The notes under the pieces were generated by a model. That model saw nothing but the letters and a program-made list of their open reading frames with translations, was not told where the DNA came from and ran no database searches. DNA of 64,000 bases, from assembly GCA_006226545.1 (NCBI GenBank), contig SBGR01000026.1:201-64200 (forward strand), written 5' to 3'. Below, piece after piece: positions 19,204-30,492 of the stretch. This stretch comes from Bacteroidota bacterium. GTDB lineage: Bacteria > Bacteroidota > Bacteroidia > UBA8524. The number at the start of each line of letters is the position of its first letter. Position 1 is the stretch's first letter. The translations under genes were made by a program, and so were the position numbers.

Positions 19204-20284
19204 TCAACTACGCATAGCCTTTATTTCCAGACCAAGCCTTTTTACAGTTCGTGGAGGGGATACTGTGCAGATGACGAGTACCGCATCCGCACTCCGAAGC
19301 TTGGGCGTACAGGTAGATATTTTCACTTCCAACCAAACCATTGACTATGCTAAATACGACCTCCTTCACTTCTTTAACATCATCCGGCCGGCCAGCATTT
19401 TACACCATACTTCCAAGTCCGGGTTACCTTATGTGCTTTCTCCTGTCTACGTTGAATATGCGGCCTATGAAGAGACACAGGCCCATCCAGTCCGCCGCAT
19501 TTTGGCATCAGCGGTAGGAAAACATAGAATGGAGTACATCAAAGTACTCGGTCGTTATGCCAAAAGCAGAGAACCCATTGGCTCCTTTTATTATTTGAGT
19601 CGCGGACATTATTCCAGCATCCGTAAAGTGCTGCAAAACTGCTCTTACCTCCTGCCCAATTCAGAATCGGAAGGAAAACGACTACTTAAGGATTTCCCAA
19701 CAGATACACCTTGGAAAGCGGTGCCCAATGGTGCCGACACAGAACTTTTCCGGTTTAAGGGCGATGCGCTTAGAGAAAAAAATACCGTGCTCTGTTCTGC
19801 CCGAATTGAAGGGAGAAAAAACCAACTTGGACTTATCAGAGCTTTGCGTGGCACCGGGATCAAACTCTGGCTAGCCGGCAAAGCAGCGCCTAATCATAGC
19901 GCCTATTACGAACAATGCGTGAGCGAAGCCGATGAGAACGTGACGTTCTTAGGCCAATTGGATTTCGAGGATTTAGTGAACCTATACCACCGAGCTGAAG
20001 TCCACGCCATGCCAAGCTGGTTTGAAACCACCGGCTTAAGTAGTCTGGAAGCTGCACTATGCGGTTCCAAATTGGTGATGAGTCGTTTAGGCGATGAATA
20101 CGACTATTTCCAAGATGACGTACATTATGCTAAGCCCGACGATATTCAATCCATCCGTCAAGCTGTGCTTGCGGCCTTGGACAGCCAGCGATCGGATAAG
20201 TTGAGAGAACGTATCCTTCGCGACTATACCTGGGGACGTTGCGCCGAGTTGACTTTACAAGCTTATAAGGAGGTGCTGAAATGA
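19196..20284 (+). CDS. Glycosyltransferase family 4 (GT-B, group 1)
   Basis: C-terminal EX7E-like region (SWFETTGLSSLEAALCGSKLV). Confidence 0.8.
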   Translation: MDNQLRIAFISRPSLFTVRGGDTVQMTSTASALRSLGVQVDIFTSNQTIDYAKYDLLHFFNIIRPASILHHTSKSGLPYVLSPVYVEYAAYEETQAHPVRRILASAVGKHRMEYIKVLGRYAKSREPIGSFYYLSRGHYSSIRKVLQNCSYLLPNSESEGKRLLKDFPTDTPWKAVPNGADTELFRFKGDALREKNTVLCSARIEGRKNQLGLIRALRGTGIKLWLAGKAAPNHSAYYEQCVSEADENVTFLGQLDFEDLVNLYHRAEVHAMPSWFETTGLSSLEAALCGSKLVMSRLGDEYDYFQDDVHYAKPDDIQSIRQAVLAALDSQRSDKLRERILRDYTWGRCAELTLQAYKEVLK

Positions 20285-21372
20285 AAATAGGCATACTTGG
20301 CACTCGCGGAATTCCCAATGAATACGGTGGCTTTGAACAGTTTGCCGAATTCTTTGCGGTACGCATGCAGGAACGCGGACATGAGCTAACCGTTTACAAT
20401 TCATCGCTACACCCTTATAAGGAAAGCCAATTCAAAGGAGTGAACATCCGTGTTTGCAATGACCCGGAAGACCGCTATGGCAGCTTTGGCCAGTTTATTT
20501 ACGACAGGAACTGCATCCTTGACAGCCGAAGCCAACACTTCGATATCCTCCTTTTGCTTGGCTATACCAGCAGTGCGGTTTGGATGCATCTGCTTCCTAA
20601 AAACACAAAAGTGGTCAGTAATATGGATGGCTTGGAATGGAAACGAAGCAAATACAGCAAACCCGTTCAAGCCTTTTTGCGCTGGTCGGAAAAAAGAGCT
20701 GCCCGAAAAAGTGATGCCTTGATTGCTGATTCGCGCGCGATTCAAGGTTACCTGCGATCCAAATACGGGTTAGACTCCAACTATACTGCTTACGGTGCAG
20801 AGGTCTTCTCAAATCCGGATTCAGCCCTTCTCGCGCAATATGGAGTTGAACCGAATAAGTATACCCTGCTAATCGCTCGACCAGAACCGGAAAACAACGT
20901 ACACCTCATTTGCGAAGCGCACGTGAAATCCGGAATCGACTTGCCTCTGCTTATTATTGGCCGGTTCACGAATGCCTACGGCCAAAAGCTGCAAGCGCAA
21001 TATGCCGGAACAAATATTCGGTTTATCGGTCCGCTTTACGACCTAAACGTGTTGAACAACCTTCGCTACCACGCGGCCATCTATTTCCACGGACATTCTG
21101 TGGGAGGAACCAATCCATCGCTTTTAGAGGCCATGGCTTCTTCCAGCCTGATTTGTGCTCACGACAATCCTTTCAACCGGGCCGTTTTAGAATCGGATGC
21201 ATTCTATTTCAGTTCGGTAGAAGAGTTAAGCGAATTGCTGAAACAAGTTCCTGTAAAAGCAGACCATGCGCATTTCATAACAGAGAATATCAAGAAGATA
21301 GAACAATACTACAGCTGGGATACCATCACCACCCAACTCGAAACATATTTCAAGGAGGTATTAAGCAAATGA
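20281..21372 (+). CDS. Glycosyltransferase (DUF1972 N-terminal domain plus GT4 C-terminal domain)
   Basis: MKIGILGTRGIPNEYGGFEQF typical of DUF1972 glycosyltransferases. GT4-like C-terminal motif ...SVGGTNPSLLEAMA. Confidence 0.8.
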   Translation: MKIGILGTRGIPNEYGGFEQFAEFFAVRMQERGHELTVYNSSLHPYKESQFKGVNIRVCNDPEDRYGSFGQFIYDRNCILDSRSQHFDILLLLGYTSSAVWMHLLPKNTKVVSNMDGLEWKRSKYSKPVQAFLRWSEKRAARKSDALIADSRAIQGYLRSKYGLDSNYTAYGAEVFSNPDSALLAQYGVEPNKYTLLIARPEPENNVHLICEAHVKSGIDLPLLIIGRFTNAYGQKLQAQYAGTNIRFIGPLYDLNVLNNLRYHAAIYFHGHSVGGTNPSLLEAMASSSLICAHDNPFNRAVLESDAFYFSSVEELSELLKQVPVKADHAHFITENIKKIEQYYSWDTITTQLETYFKEVLSK

Positions 21373-22610
21373 TGAATCAGCTGACATACCGCCACATCAC
21401 CAAAGGGCTTTGGCTAGCATTGCTTCTGAGTTTAGGCCTTAGTTTAAAATTAAGTGCCATTCTGTTGGTAGCTCTAGTGCTTGCCAGAATTTTAGAGCGG
21501 AACTTTAAATGGGAAGGCAACCGACATGAATGGATTTGGGCCGGCTGCTGTATGGCCTTCTTTGGCTGGGCCGCTCTTTCTTCTATTTGGTCTGGAGACG
21601 TGGCTGCTGATTTCAAAATTGCTGAGCGAAAAGCTTCCTTTCTTTTGCTGCCTTTGCTTTACCTAAGTTGGCCTTTTAAGCGATTAAGCCTCGCTCGGGT
21701 GCATTTAAGAATTTACCATTTTGTGCTAAGCGGACTGTGTCTTTCCTTGATTGGGATTGCCATCGCTGGCGGACAGATTGAATCGCTTTTTTACCATGAA
21801 TTGGTCAGGCCAATTGGGCAACATGCCGTTTACTTTTCGGCAATTCTGCTGTTTAGCTTGCTTCTGCTGAGGCAAGAAATCCAAAGCATTTACCTGCTAC
21901 TTTTTGGTTCAGTTTACGGACTCACGTTGGTCTTATTGAGTTCTAAACTCATGCTGGGACTCGCTGCCCTGGCGCTTTTTGTGATGGTTTTCTATAAACT
22001 CAAGAACAGAAAGATAAAGGCCGTTTTGAGTTTGGGCATATTGGCGTTAATCACGGCACTTTTACTCATTCCAAACCCCGTTCAGAAACGATTTAGCGAT
22101 GTATCGGTTAAGCGCCTGAGCTATGTCAATGCAAACCACATCGGTCAAGATGTTTACCTCGACGGGCTCAGCCTTCGCTTAATCCAAGTAAGACTGGCAT
22201 TTCAAATACTGAAATCAGAAAACGCTTGGCTATTAGGGGTAGGCAATAGTGCGGCTCAAACTCATTTAGACCAAGCCTATAAATCACTCGATCTGTACGC
22301 GCCGGAAAGCGGTGCAGACCGCGGTTTCATTGGATATAATTTTCACAACCAATACCTGCAAAGCTGGGTACAGGGCGGATTACTCGCCTTGCTGATGCTG
22401 GGGGGCATCTTTATTCAGCTAGCAATTCTAGCCATCAGGCAAAGGAACCTAACATTGGCCATGTGCACTGCGTTATTCGCTGCATTTTGCCTTACCGAGT
22501 CGGTTTTTGAACGTCAACAGGGCGTGATGGCCTTTCTATGTTTCACCCTGTTATCGCTAGCGATGCGCCCTGAACAGGACACTTATTCTCAACCACAGAA
22601 TTTGATTTAA
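21369..22610 (+). CDS. Second O-antigen ligase/Wzy-family membrane protein
   Basis: True start MMNQLTYRH at 21369 (ATGA overlap with the upstream stop); the ORF-track 5' extension to 20910 is in a different frame from the GT gene and is spurious. 10-12 transmembrane helices with a periplasmic loop. Confidence 0.6.
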   Translation: MMNQLTYRHITKGLWLALLLSLGLSLKLSAILLVALVLARILERNFKWEGNRHEWIWAGCCMAFFGWAALSSIWSGDVAADFKIAERKASFLLLPLLYLSWPFKRLSLARVHLRIYHFVLSGLCLSLIGIAIAGGQIESLFYHELVRPIGQHAVYFSAILLFSLLLLRQEIQSIYLLLFGSVYGLTLVLLSSKLMLGLAALALFVMVFYKLKNRKIKAVLSLGILALITALLLIPNPVQKRFSDVSVKRLSYVNANHIGQDVYLDGLSLRLIQVRLAFQILKSENAWLLGVGNSAAQTHLDQAYKSLDLYAPESGADRGFIGYNFHNQYLQSWVQGGLLALLMLGGIFIQLAILAIRQRNLTLAMCTALFAAFCLTESVFERQQGVMAFLCFTLLSLAMRPEQDTYSQPQNLI

Positions 22611-22620
22611 TCTCTACACC

Positions 22621-23307
22621 ATGAATTTACAAGCCGGAAATTTAGGATCACTGAACTGGAAGCACCCGGTTAAAGTTTGGGAAGACGAAGCACTGCTGAA
22701 AAAGGCACCGCGTTCACTTCGCTACAGCTTTCAAAAAAGAACCCTAGATATTGTATTCTCCTTGGGTATCTCGCTCACACTTTTAAGTTGGCTATTGCCG
22801 CTTTTGGCTTTGCTCATCCGATTGGAGAGCAAAGGCTCCCCGTTTTTCGCTCAAGTTAGAACGGGCAAAGACGGAAAAAGCTTCACTTGCTATAAGCTCA
22901 GAACCATGCGCATCAATGCATTGAGCGATACCAAACAAGCTACCGATGGCGACGAGCGCATTACCCGCATGGGCAAATTTCTGCGCCTCTCCAGCTTGGA
23001 TGAATTGCCGCAATTGTTCAATGTGCTTTTAGGGGATATGAGTTTGGTGGGACCTCGTCCGCACATGCTCTACCATACTAACTATTACGAACCACTAATA
23101 CCCAGTTATAAGCTGAGACATCTGGTAAAACCCGGTTTAACCGGGTTGGCCCAGGTTAAAGGACTCAGAGGACCAACCACCCATGTTTCAGACATGGAAC
23201 GCAGAGTGCATGCCGATTTGTATTATATCAGCAACCGGAACATTTTGCTCGACATTCGCATCATTGGTGAGACCGCAAAAGAGGTTTGGAGGGCCTTATT
23301 CCGCTAA
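22621..23307 (+). CDS. Undecaprenyl-phosphate sugar-1-phosphate transferase (small WbaP/PglC-type initiating transferase)
   Basis: KLRTM motif. LRLSSLDELPQLFNVLLGDMSLVGPRP signature of bacterial sugar transferases. Confidence 0.88.
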   Translation: MNLQAGNLGSLNWKHPVKVWEDEALLKKAPRSLRYSFQKRTLDIVFSLGISLTLLSWLLPLLALLIRLESKGSPFFAQVRTGKDGKSFTCYKLRTMRINALSDTKQATDGDERITRMGKFLRLSSLDELPQLFNVLLGDMSLVGPRPHMLYHTNYYEPLIPSYKLRHLVKPGLTGLAQVKGLRGPTTHVSDMERRVHADLYYISNRNILLDIRIIGETAKEVWRALFR

Positions 23308-24230
23308 TCATGGAAAGTACGCTTACTACCTCCGAATTGAAAGCCAAAATCAAGCAAACGCTTGGCTATTTCGACTTCTTCCACTATCCTTTGAAGGAAG
23401 AGGAAATCTTACGCTACCTGCCGGTGAAATCCGATTTAAGCAGCCTTCGAAATGCTTTGAATGAACTAACCGCAGAACGTGAAGTGACCCAACAAGGCAG
23501 CCTATTTGCTATTCCGCAGTCGCTCGATATCTTCTCTCGAAGAAACGAAGCTAACGCCCTAGCCTATACCAAGCTGCCCCATGCCATGCAAATAGGAAAA
23601 TTCCTTTCCAAGTTTCCATTTGTCAGGTTTGTGGGCATTTCCGGTTCCTTAAGTAAGCTTTATGCCGATTCCAAATCAGACTTCGACTACTTCATTGTAA
23701 CCGATACCAACCGTCTTTGGATAGCTCGAAGCCTGATGCATGTGTTCAAGAAACTCACTTTTTTAGTGAACCGCCAGCATCAGTTTTGCATGAACTATTA
23801 TATCGACGCTGACCATTTAACCATTGAAGACCATAACCGCTATACCGCGATTGAACTCAGTTCTTTGATTCCGGTGTACAACCAAGAAGTCTATGATCAT
23901 CTCATCGATCAAAACGAATGGTTAAAAGCGGAATTGCCCAATTTCAACCGTTTTCAAATGGCCCAATTTTCTGAGCGCAAAGCCTGGTTGAAAAAAGGGT
24001 TTGAACGCTTAGTTAACCTATTGGGTGCTAGTAAAATCAACCAAAGGCTGATGAGGCTTACAGATCGTAAATGGAGGGCCAAATGGCAAAGTGCCGGCTA
24101 TCCTGAACAGGATTACGATTTAGCTTTTAGAACACGCATTTACGTTTCTAAAAACCATCCGGCCAACTATCAGAAAAAAGTGCTGTCTAACCAATTGGTT
24201 CAGCTCTCTAAACTTAGTCCAGCAAAATGA
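23286..24230 (+). CDS. Nucleotidyltransferase-fold protein (Pol-beta/LicD-fukutin-like signature), function unknown
   Basis: hG[GS]x9-13Dh[DE]h-like signature in FVGISGSLSKLYADSKSDFDYFIVTD. Embedded with overlapping starts and stops between the initiating transferase and an epimerase. Confidence 0.4.
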   Translation: MEGLIPLIMESTLTTSELKAKIKQTLGYFDFFHYPLKEEEILRYLPVKSDLSSLRNALNELTAEREVTQQGSLFAIPQSLDIFSRRNEANALAYTKLPHAMQIGKFLSKFPFVRFVGISGSLSKLYADSKSDFDYFIVTDTNRLWIARSLMHVFKKLTFLVNRQHQFCMNYYIDADHLTIEDHNRYTAIELSSLIPVYNQEVYDHLIDQNEWLKAELPNFNRFQMAQFSERKAWLKKGFERLVNLLGASKINQRLMRLTDRKWRAKWQSAGYPEQDYDLAFRTRIYVSKNHPANYQKKVLSNQLVQLSKLSPAK

Positions 24231-25162
24231 GTAAAAATCGCCCCATCTTAATCTTAGGAGGAACCGGCTTTATCGGTCATGCCGTAGTAAGCCAGTTGCT
24301 GCGTGAGCGGAATCCGGAAGACTTGATAGTATTGAGTCACCGAAAGGCAAGTTCCTTTGCCGGGGTGAAAACGATAAAAGGCAGTTTAGAAAAAGTGGAC
24401 TGGAGTCAGCTAGACCATAATCCACCGGAAACCATTATACACTTGGCGCGTATCAATGCCACTAGGTTTGGAAAACTAGGCCGATACCTCGCTGCCCGGA
24501 AAGGCAGAAACGCCAATAAACGTTTAGTAGAGCATAGCCAAAGAGCCAATTGGCGGTGCAGCTTCACCTATGTTTCAGGGAGTTTGATGTACGGAGAACA
24601 TGGCACCGAAACCATCTTGGAAGGCGAAGGATTGAAGCCCATTGCATTTGCCAGGCAATACAGCATTGCCGAGGACGTGTTTGATCCGGTAGCTCAAAAT
24701 GTGCGGGTCATTCGAGTGCCATGGGTTATTGGCCAGGGTTCTTGGTTCAAAGGTTTTTTTACCGATAAGCTTCAATCAGAAAAACGTGTTCCGCAATACG
24801 GTTCAGGCGAAAACTGGATGAGCTTTATCGAAGTAAGCGATGCCGCCAAAGGCATAGTCTACGCTTCACTCAACTTCAACCGAGGCGTTTACCATTTAGC
24901 GATGCCTCAAGCCCTGCCACAGCGGAATTTTTGCGAGCTCATCTCCAAGTTGAGCGGGTTTCCGATTAAGGCCTTTAGCAATACCGAAATGGAGATGAAA
25001 TTTGAAGAAGCCATCGTGGAGTCTTTTCGCTCCAATATCATTTTAGGCACGCGGTTTCAAGAGAATTTCCCGGCCAACTTTTTCCAGTTTACCGAAGTAG
25101 AATCGGCCTTAAAGCATCACTTAAGCCTTTTTCTCAAAGACAAAGAGCGTATACTCTCCTAG
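24227..25162 (+). CDS. NAD-dependent epimerase/dehydratase (extended SDR)
   Basis: ILILGGTGFIGHAVVSQLL Rossmann motif. Confidence 0.7.
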   Translation: MSKNRPILILGGTGFIGHAVVSQLLRERNPEDLIVLSHRKASSFAGVKTIKGSLEKVDWSQLDHNPPETIIHLARINATRFGKLGRYLAARKGRNANKRLVEHSQRANWRCSFTYVSGSLMYGEHGTETILEGEGLKPIAFARQYSIAEDVFDPVAQNVRVIRVPWVIGQGSWFKGFFTDKLQSEKRVPQYGSGENWMSFIEVSDAAKGIVYASLNFNRGVYHLAMPQALPQRNFCELISKLSGFPIKAFSNTEMEMKFEEAIVESFRSNIILGTRFQENFPANFFQFTEVESALKHHLSLFLKDKERILS

Positions 25163-25927
25163 CGACCAAAACGGGGTTTTGCTTAAGGCGCGGTCCCAAT
25201 TCCACAGTCGGTCTTTGTAATTGGCCTGCACCACCTTCGGACTTTCATACCACGCAGGAAAGAGGATGGAATAACCGCGGTGTTTCACTTCCCTCATTCC
25301 ACCAAACGCCTTTCGCACTTCGGTAGGCGTATAACATTTAGAAGGCAAAAAGCGACTGGTTGAGTAGCCTCCCCAAACTTTTTTCAATCGCTTAAAAGCG
25401 GTTGCAAAACGAAGTTTCAAAAGTGGTTTCAAGATTCCTAATAGGTACCACTTGTTCACAAAGGTGAGCACCATCTTTCCATTTGGGCTTAATAGCGATT
25501 GCAGTTCTTTGGCGGCTGCGTTCAGGTCTTCCACGGTATTGAGGGAACCAAAAAACACATAGATCAAATCGAATTGCTGCTGAGGTAAAAGCAACTTCAC
25601 ATCCTCCACACTGCCCACCATGGCTTGACAATTGTTTAGCTGCACCTCCTTTATCGCTAAAGAAGCCACCTCACACATGCCATCGGAAATATCAATGCCG
25701 TAAACCTGTGCATTGGGGTTCTGTTTAGCGAAATAAACCAAGTCGAAGCCCGGCCCATAGCCTACTTCCAAAGCCTGATGAAAGGCTATACCTTCCGATT
25801 CTGCTCGGAATGACTCCCGAATGCGCTGCAAAAGTGGGTTGGCTTCTCCCCTGCTTTTAAAGCTAACCGAATCTTCATTGTAATAGGCTTTTACTTCCTT
25901 GTAATACCCCGAGCCTTCGCTGTACAT
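25121..25927 (-). CDS. Class I SAM-dependent methyltransferase
   Basis: Motif I VGYGPGFDL and a following acidic motif. Converges on the epimerase gene with a 42-nt overlap. Confidence 0.75.
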   Translation of the reverse strand: MYSEGSGYYKEVKAYYNEDSVSFKSRGEANPLLQRIRESFRAESEGIAFHQALEVGYGPGFDLVYFAKQNPNAQVYGIDISDGMCEVASLAIKEVQLNNCQAMVGSVEDVKLLLPQQQFDLIYVFFGSLNTVEDLNAAAKELQSLLSPNGKMVLTFVNKWYLLGILKPLLKLRFATAFKRLKKVWGGYSTSRFLPSKCYTPTEVRKAFGGMREVKHRGYSILFPAWYESPKVVQANYKDRLWNWDRALSKTPFWSLGEYTLFVFEKKA

Positions 25928-25979
25928 AGATCAAATATAAACGGGAATGTGAATTAGGCATAGTCAGATTGACCACTAC

Positions 25980-27947
25980 CTACCTTAAAACGGTAATTGT
26001 CCCTTTCCGATTGATTTTCACACCGGCATCATCGTAGCCCTGCAGGATAAACAAATACTGGCCGTCTGGAACAAAATCGCCACGGAAACGACCATCCCAT
26101 AAACCCCCTTCGCTAGAAAACACCTCTTCACCCCAGCGGTTGTAAATACGAAGCGTATAGTCAGTGAAGCCTCTGCCTACCGGTCCCCAAGTCTCGTTTA
26201 ATCCGTTTTCATCCGGACTAAAAGCCGTTGGCAAATACCAATCAACTTCCAAGACCTTCACACGCTGTATCAAGGAGCTATAACACCCATTATAGCCTAC
26301 TTTAAGCTTAAAAAGATAGGTTCCGTTTTCATTCAGGCTGCTGTCGAAATCAGGCGTAAACCGCAAGCTATCTTCGTTCAGTGTCCAGAGAAAAGAATGA
26401 AAGGTATCCGGAACCGCAAAGAGCTGGAAGGCTTCATTTGGATTGGGGAGGCTATCGGAAACCTGTATGGTAAACCTTGGCTTCTGCTGAATTCCCACTT
26501 TCAGTGTATCGGTCAGCGTATCGCATTCGGTGTATAATTTGATCGCGTGCCAGCTTGAATCTCGGATGAGAACGGGGTTTTGCGTAGAGCCATCGGCCCA
26601 AGCCCAAGTGAATTGGCCGGTTGGAATGTTAAGCTCCAAACTATCCCCTTCGCATAACACAGTATCGGCAGGCAAGCGGTAGCCGATGGGTTTACAGTAC
26701 CGGCAGAATAAACTATCGCTAAACTGAATTGGATTGCCTTTTTGACTTGACAAGGCAATAAAATTGGTGCTGTGATCAAACGTTTGTTTACCGTTTATTC
26801 CTTTCGGACTCGTTTGACCGCCTGGTGTATGGTAGCCTTCATTAGACCAACACCCAAAGCTGCCATCAGGCTGAAGTTTCATAACAAAAAAGCCCGTTTG
26901 CAATGCTACGCCGAGCACAAATGGAGTTCCGTCTGCCCTTAAGTGATAGTTGTAATTGCAGGCATCACGCAAAGCGCCGGTAGGTGCAAAGCCAAAGGCC
27001 TGAGGCAAAATCTCACTGCGTATTACTTTTCCATAGTCCGTATAAAATACCAAACGCAGGAAAGCAGAATCGGTGGTGAGGTAGCTACTTCCCACAACAA
27101 TATTGGATTGCGTAGAGCCAATAAAATGGGGAGACAAACCCAGATAGGAATCGACAGGTGTAGACCCTTTACCGTCTATATCCACTGAGAATAACTCGTG
27201 CTCTGTACCACTGTAGGCAGAATTGGCTATAAATAATTTTTTACCCAACTGGGAAACCCCGGCAATGGTTACAAAGCCGGTATAACTTTTCATCCATTTG
27301 TAATTTCCGTCTTTGTCCATCAACCAAACTGATCCGGAGCCGGAACCCATAATCTCTCCTGCAGCAGTATGTCCGCCAAAACCCCACATGGTCGATGCGA
27401 AATCCAAGTGTTTGAACCAACTGATTTGACCGTTTCCGGCGAAACGGGTGATGAAATTCCCTACATTCCCAATTGTGCCCCCTTGGCTACCGATGAGAAA
27501 ACCAACGGCATACAAGCCACCATCCGGATGTGCATCAAAGGTATAGAGGTGATAGTTCAGTGAATTTTCCAATACCTGAACATCCAGCTGTTGAAGTTGC
27601 CCGTCCAACGACATGAAGAAAATATTGGTAGAGGCTTCGTTGCGGATATTACCTCCAACGTACACGGTATCGCCAGAGACCGCCACTTGTAGACTGTAAA
27701 CGGGATCTGAAAAACTATACTCCTCCGAGTGGGTAATTTCAAGTTCCTTATTCAAGCGCATCACCTGAAAATGATACCCATTTAAAAGGTCGACAATAAC
27801 CACAAGGTCTCCATTACTGAAACTCGCTATATCACCTCTAGAGCCTATGTTAGGCGATTGCACACTCGAAAAAACCCGCATCTGGCTGAATTGAGCTTGA
27901 GAGAGGTGAAAGGAAAGAAAGAGTACGAAGAGGAAAAGGAATCTCAT
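25980..27947 (-). CDS. Secreted beta-propeller/Ig-like protein with a gliding-motility-associated C-terminal domain (T9SS type-B sorting domain)
   Basis: Signal peptide. C-terminus YLPTAFSPDENGLNETW...RIYNRWGEEVF...GQYLFIL...TITVLR is typical of the CHU_C/type-B CTD. Confidence 0.7.
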   Translation of the reverse strand: MRFLFLFVLFLSFHLSQAQFSQMRVFSSVQSPNIGSRGDIASFSNGDLVVIVDLLNGYHFQVMRLNKELEITHSEEYSFSDPVYSLQVAVSGDTVYVGGNIRNEASTNIFFMSLDGQLQQLDVQVLENSLNYHLYTFDAHPDGGLYAVGFLIGSQGGTIGNVGNFITRFAGNGQISWFKHLDFASTMWGFGGHTAAGEIMGSGSGSVWLMDKDGNYKWMKSYTGFVTIAGVSQLGKKLFIANSAYSGTEHELFSVDIDGKGSTPVDSYLGLSPHFIGSTQSNIVVGSSYLTTDSAFLRLVFYTDYGKVIRSEILPQAFGFAPTGALRDACNYNYHLRADGTPFVLGVALQTGFFVMKLQPDGSFGCWSNEGYHTPGGQTSPKGINGKQTFDHSTNFIALSSQKGNPIQFSDSLFCRYCKPIGYRLPADTVLCEGDSLELNIPTGQFTWAWADGSTQNPVLIRDSSWHAIKLYTECDTLTDTLKVGIQQKPRFTIQVSDSLPNPNEAFQLFAVPDTFHSFLWTLNEDSLRFTPDFDSSLNENGTYLFKLKVGYNGCYSSLIQRVKVLEVDWYLPTAFSPDENGLNETWGPVGRGFTDYTLRIYNRWGEEVFSSEGGLWDGRFRGDFVPDGQYLFILQGYDDAGVKINRKGTITVLR

Positions 27948-28105
27948 TCAGACTTTTGACGTAAAACCTAGCAAATAGGTTGTACTTGGTTAAAATATTC
28001 TACTGAAAATCGATGGAAGGAGAAACAAGGACGTTAAAATGAGCTTCGATTTCCAAATTGCCTGAAAAACCCGACTTAGATTCTTGTGTTTGCTAGGCCA
28101 CGTAA

Positions 28106-29770
<1,665 letters not shown>

Positions 29771-29772
29771 AC

Positions 29773-30492
29773 ATGACAACCCGCCTCTCGGTTAACATCA
29801 ACAAATTCGCAACCTTGCGCAATGCGCGAGGCGGAAATAATCCGGATGTAGTCAAAGCCGCGCTAGACTGCGAACGCTTTGGCGCAGAAGGGATAACCGT
29901 GCATCCCAGACCGGATGAACGCCATATTCGGTACAGCGATGTAAGAGCCTTAAAAGGTTTACTGAGTACCGAGTTTAACATTGAAGGGAATCCCACTGAA
30001 CGCACGTTTGTTGACTTGGTAGACGAGATTAAACCGGCACAGGTAACCCTTGTGCCGGATGCGCGCAATACCTTAACCAGCAACCAAGGCTGGGATACCA
30101 TCAGCCACTTGAGTTTCTTGCAAGAGATCATCGCTCACTTTAAAAATCAAGGCATTCGTACTTCCATTTTCTTGGATCCGGTACCGGCCATGGTAGAGGG
30201 AGCTGCAAAGACTGGCACAGACCGCATTGAATTGTATACTGAAGCTTATGCCCACGGGTATACCAGCAACCGCGAAGAAGCCATTAGGCCCTATAAAGAA
30301 GCTGCTTTGGTTGCTCAAACCCTAGGCTTAGGACTCAATGCCGGTCATGATTTAAGTTTGGAAAACCTGCGTTACTTCCAGGAGCAAATTCCGGGATTGG
30401 AAGAAGTAAGTATCGGACATGCGCTTATCTGTGATGCCCTTTACCTTGGCCTGGAAAAGACGGTCCAATCCTACCTTGATTGCCTTCGCTAA
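29773..30492 (+). CDS. pdxJ: Pyridoxine 5'-phosphate synthase
   Basis: [17 protein letters not shown]...HPRPDERHI. 239 aa. Confidence 0.9.
   Translation: MTTRLSVNINKFATLRNARGGNNPDVVKAALDCERFGAEGITVHPRPDERHIRYSDVRALKGLLSTEFNIEGNPTERTFVDLVDEIKPAQVTLVPDARNTLTSNQGWDTISHLSFLQEIIAHFKNQGIRTSIFLDPVPAMVEGAAKTGTDRIELYTEAYAHGYTSNREEAIRPYKEAALVAQTLGLGLNAGHDLSLENLRYFQEQIPGLEEVSIGHALICDALYLGLEKTVQSYLDCLR

Noticed and set aside
20910-21368. 5' extension of the ORF 20910-22610 (566 aa), overlapping the DUF1972 glycosyltransferase in a different frame
   Set aside because: The extension is rich in Arg/Cys/Pro, which is typical of out-of-frame translation of a real gene. The true start is MMNQLT at 21369, with an ATGA overlap to the glycosyltransferase stop.
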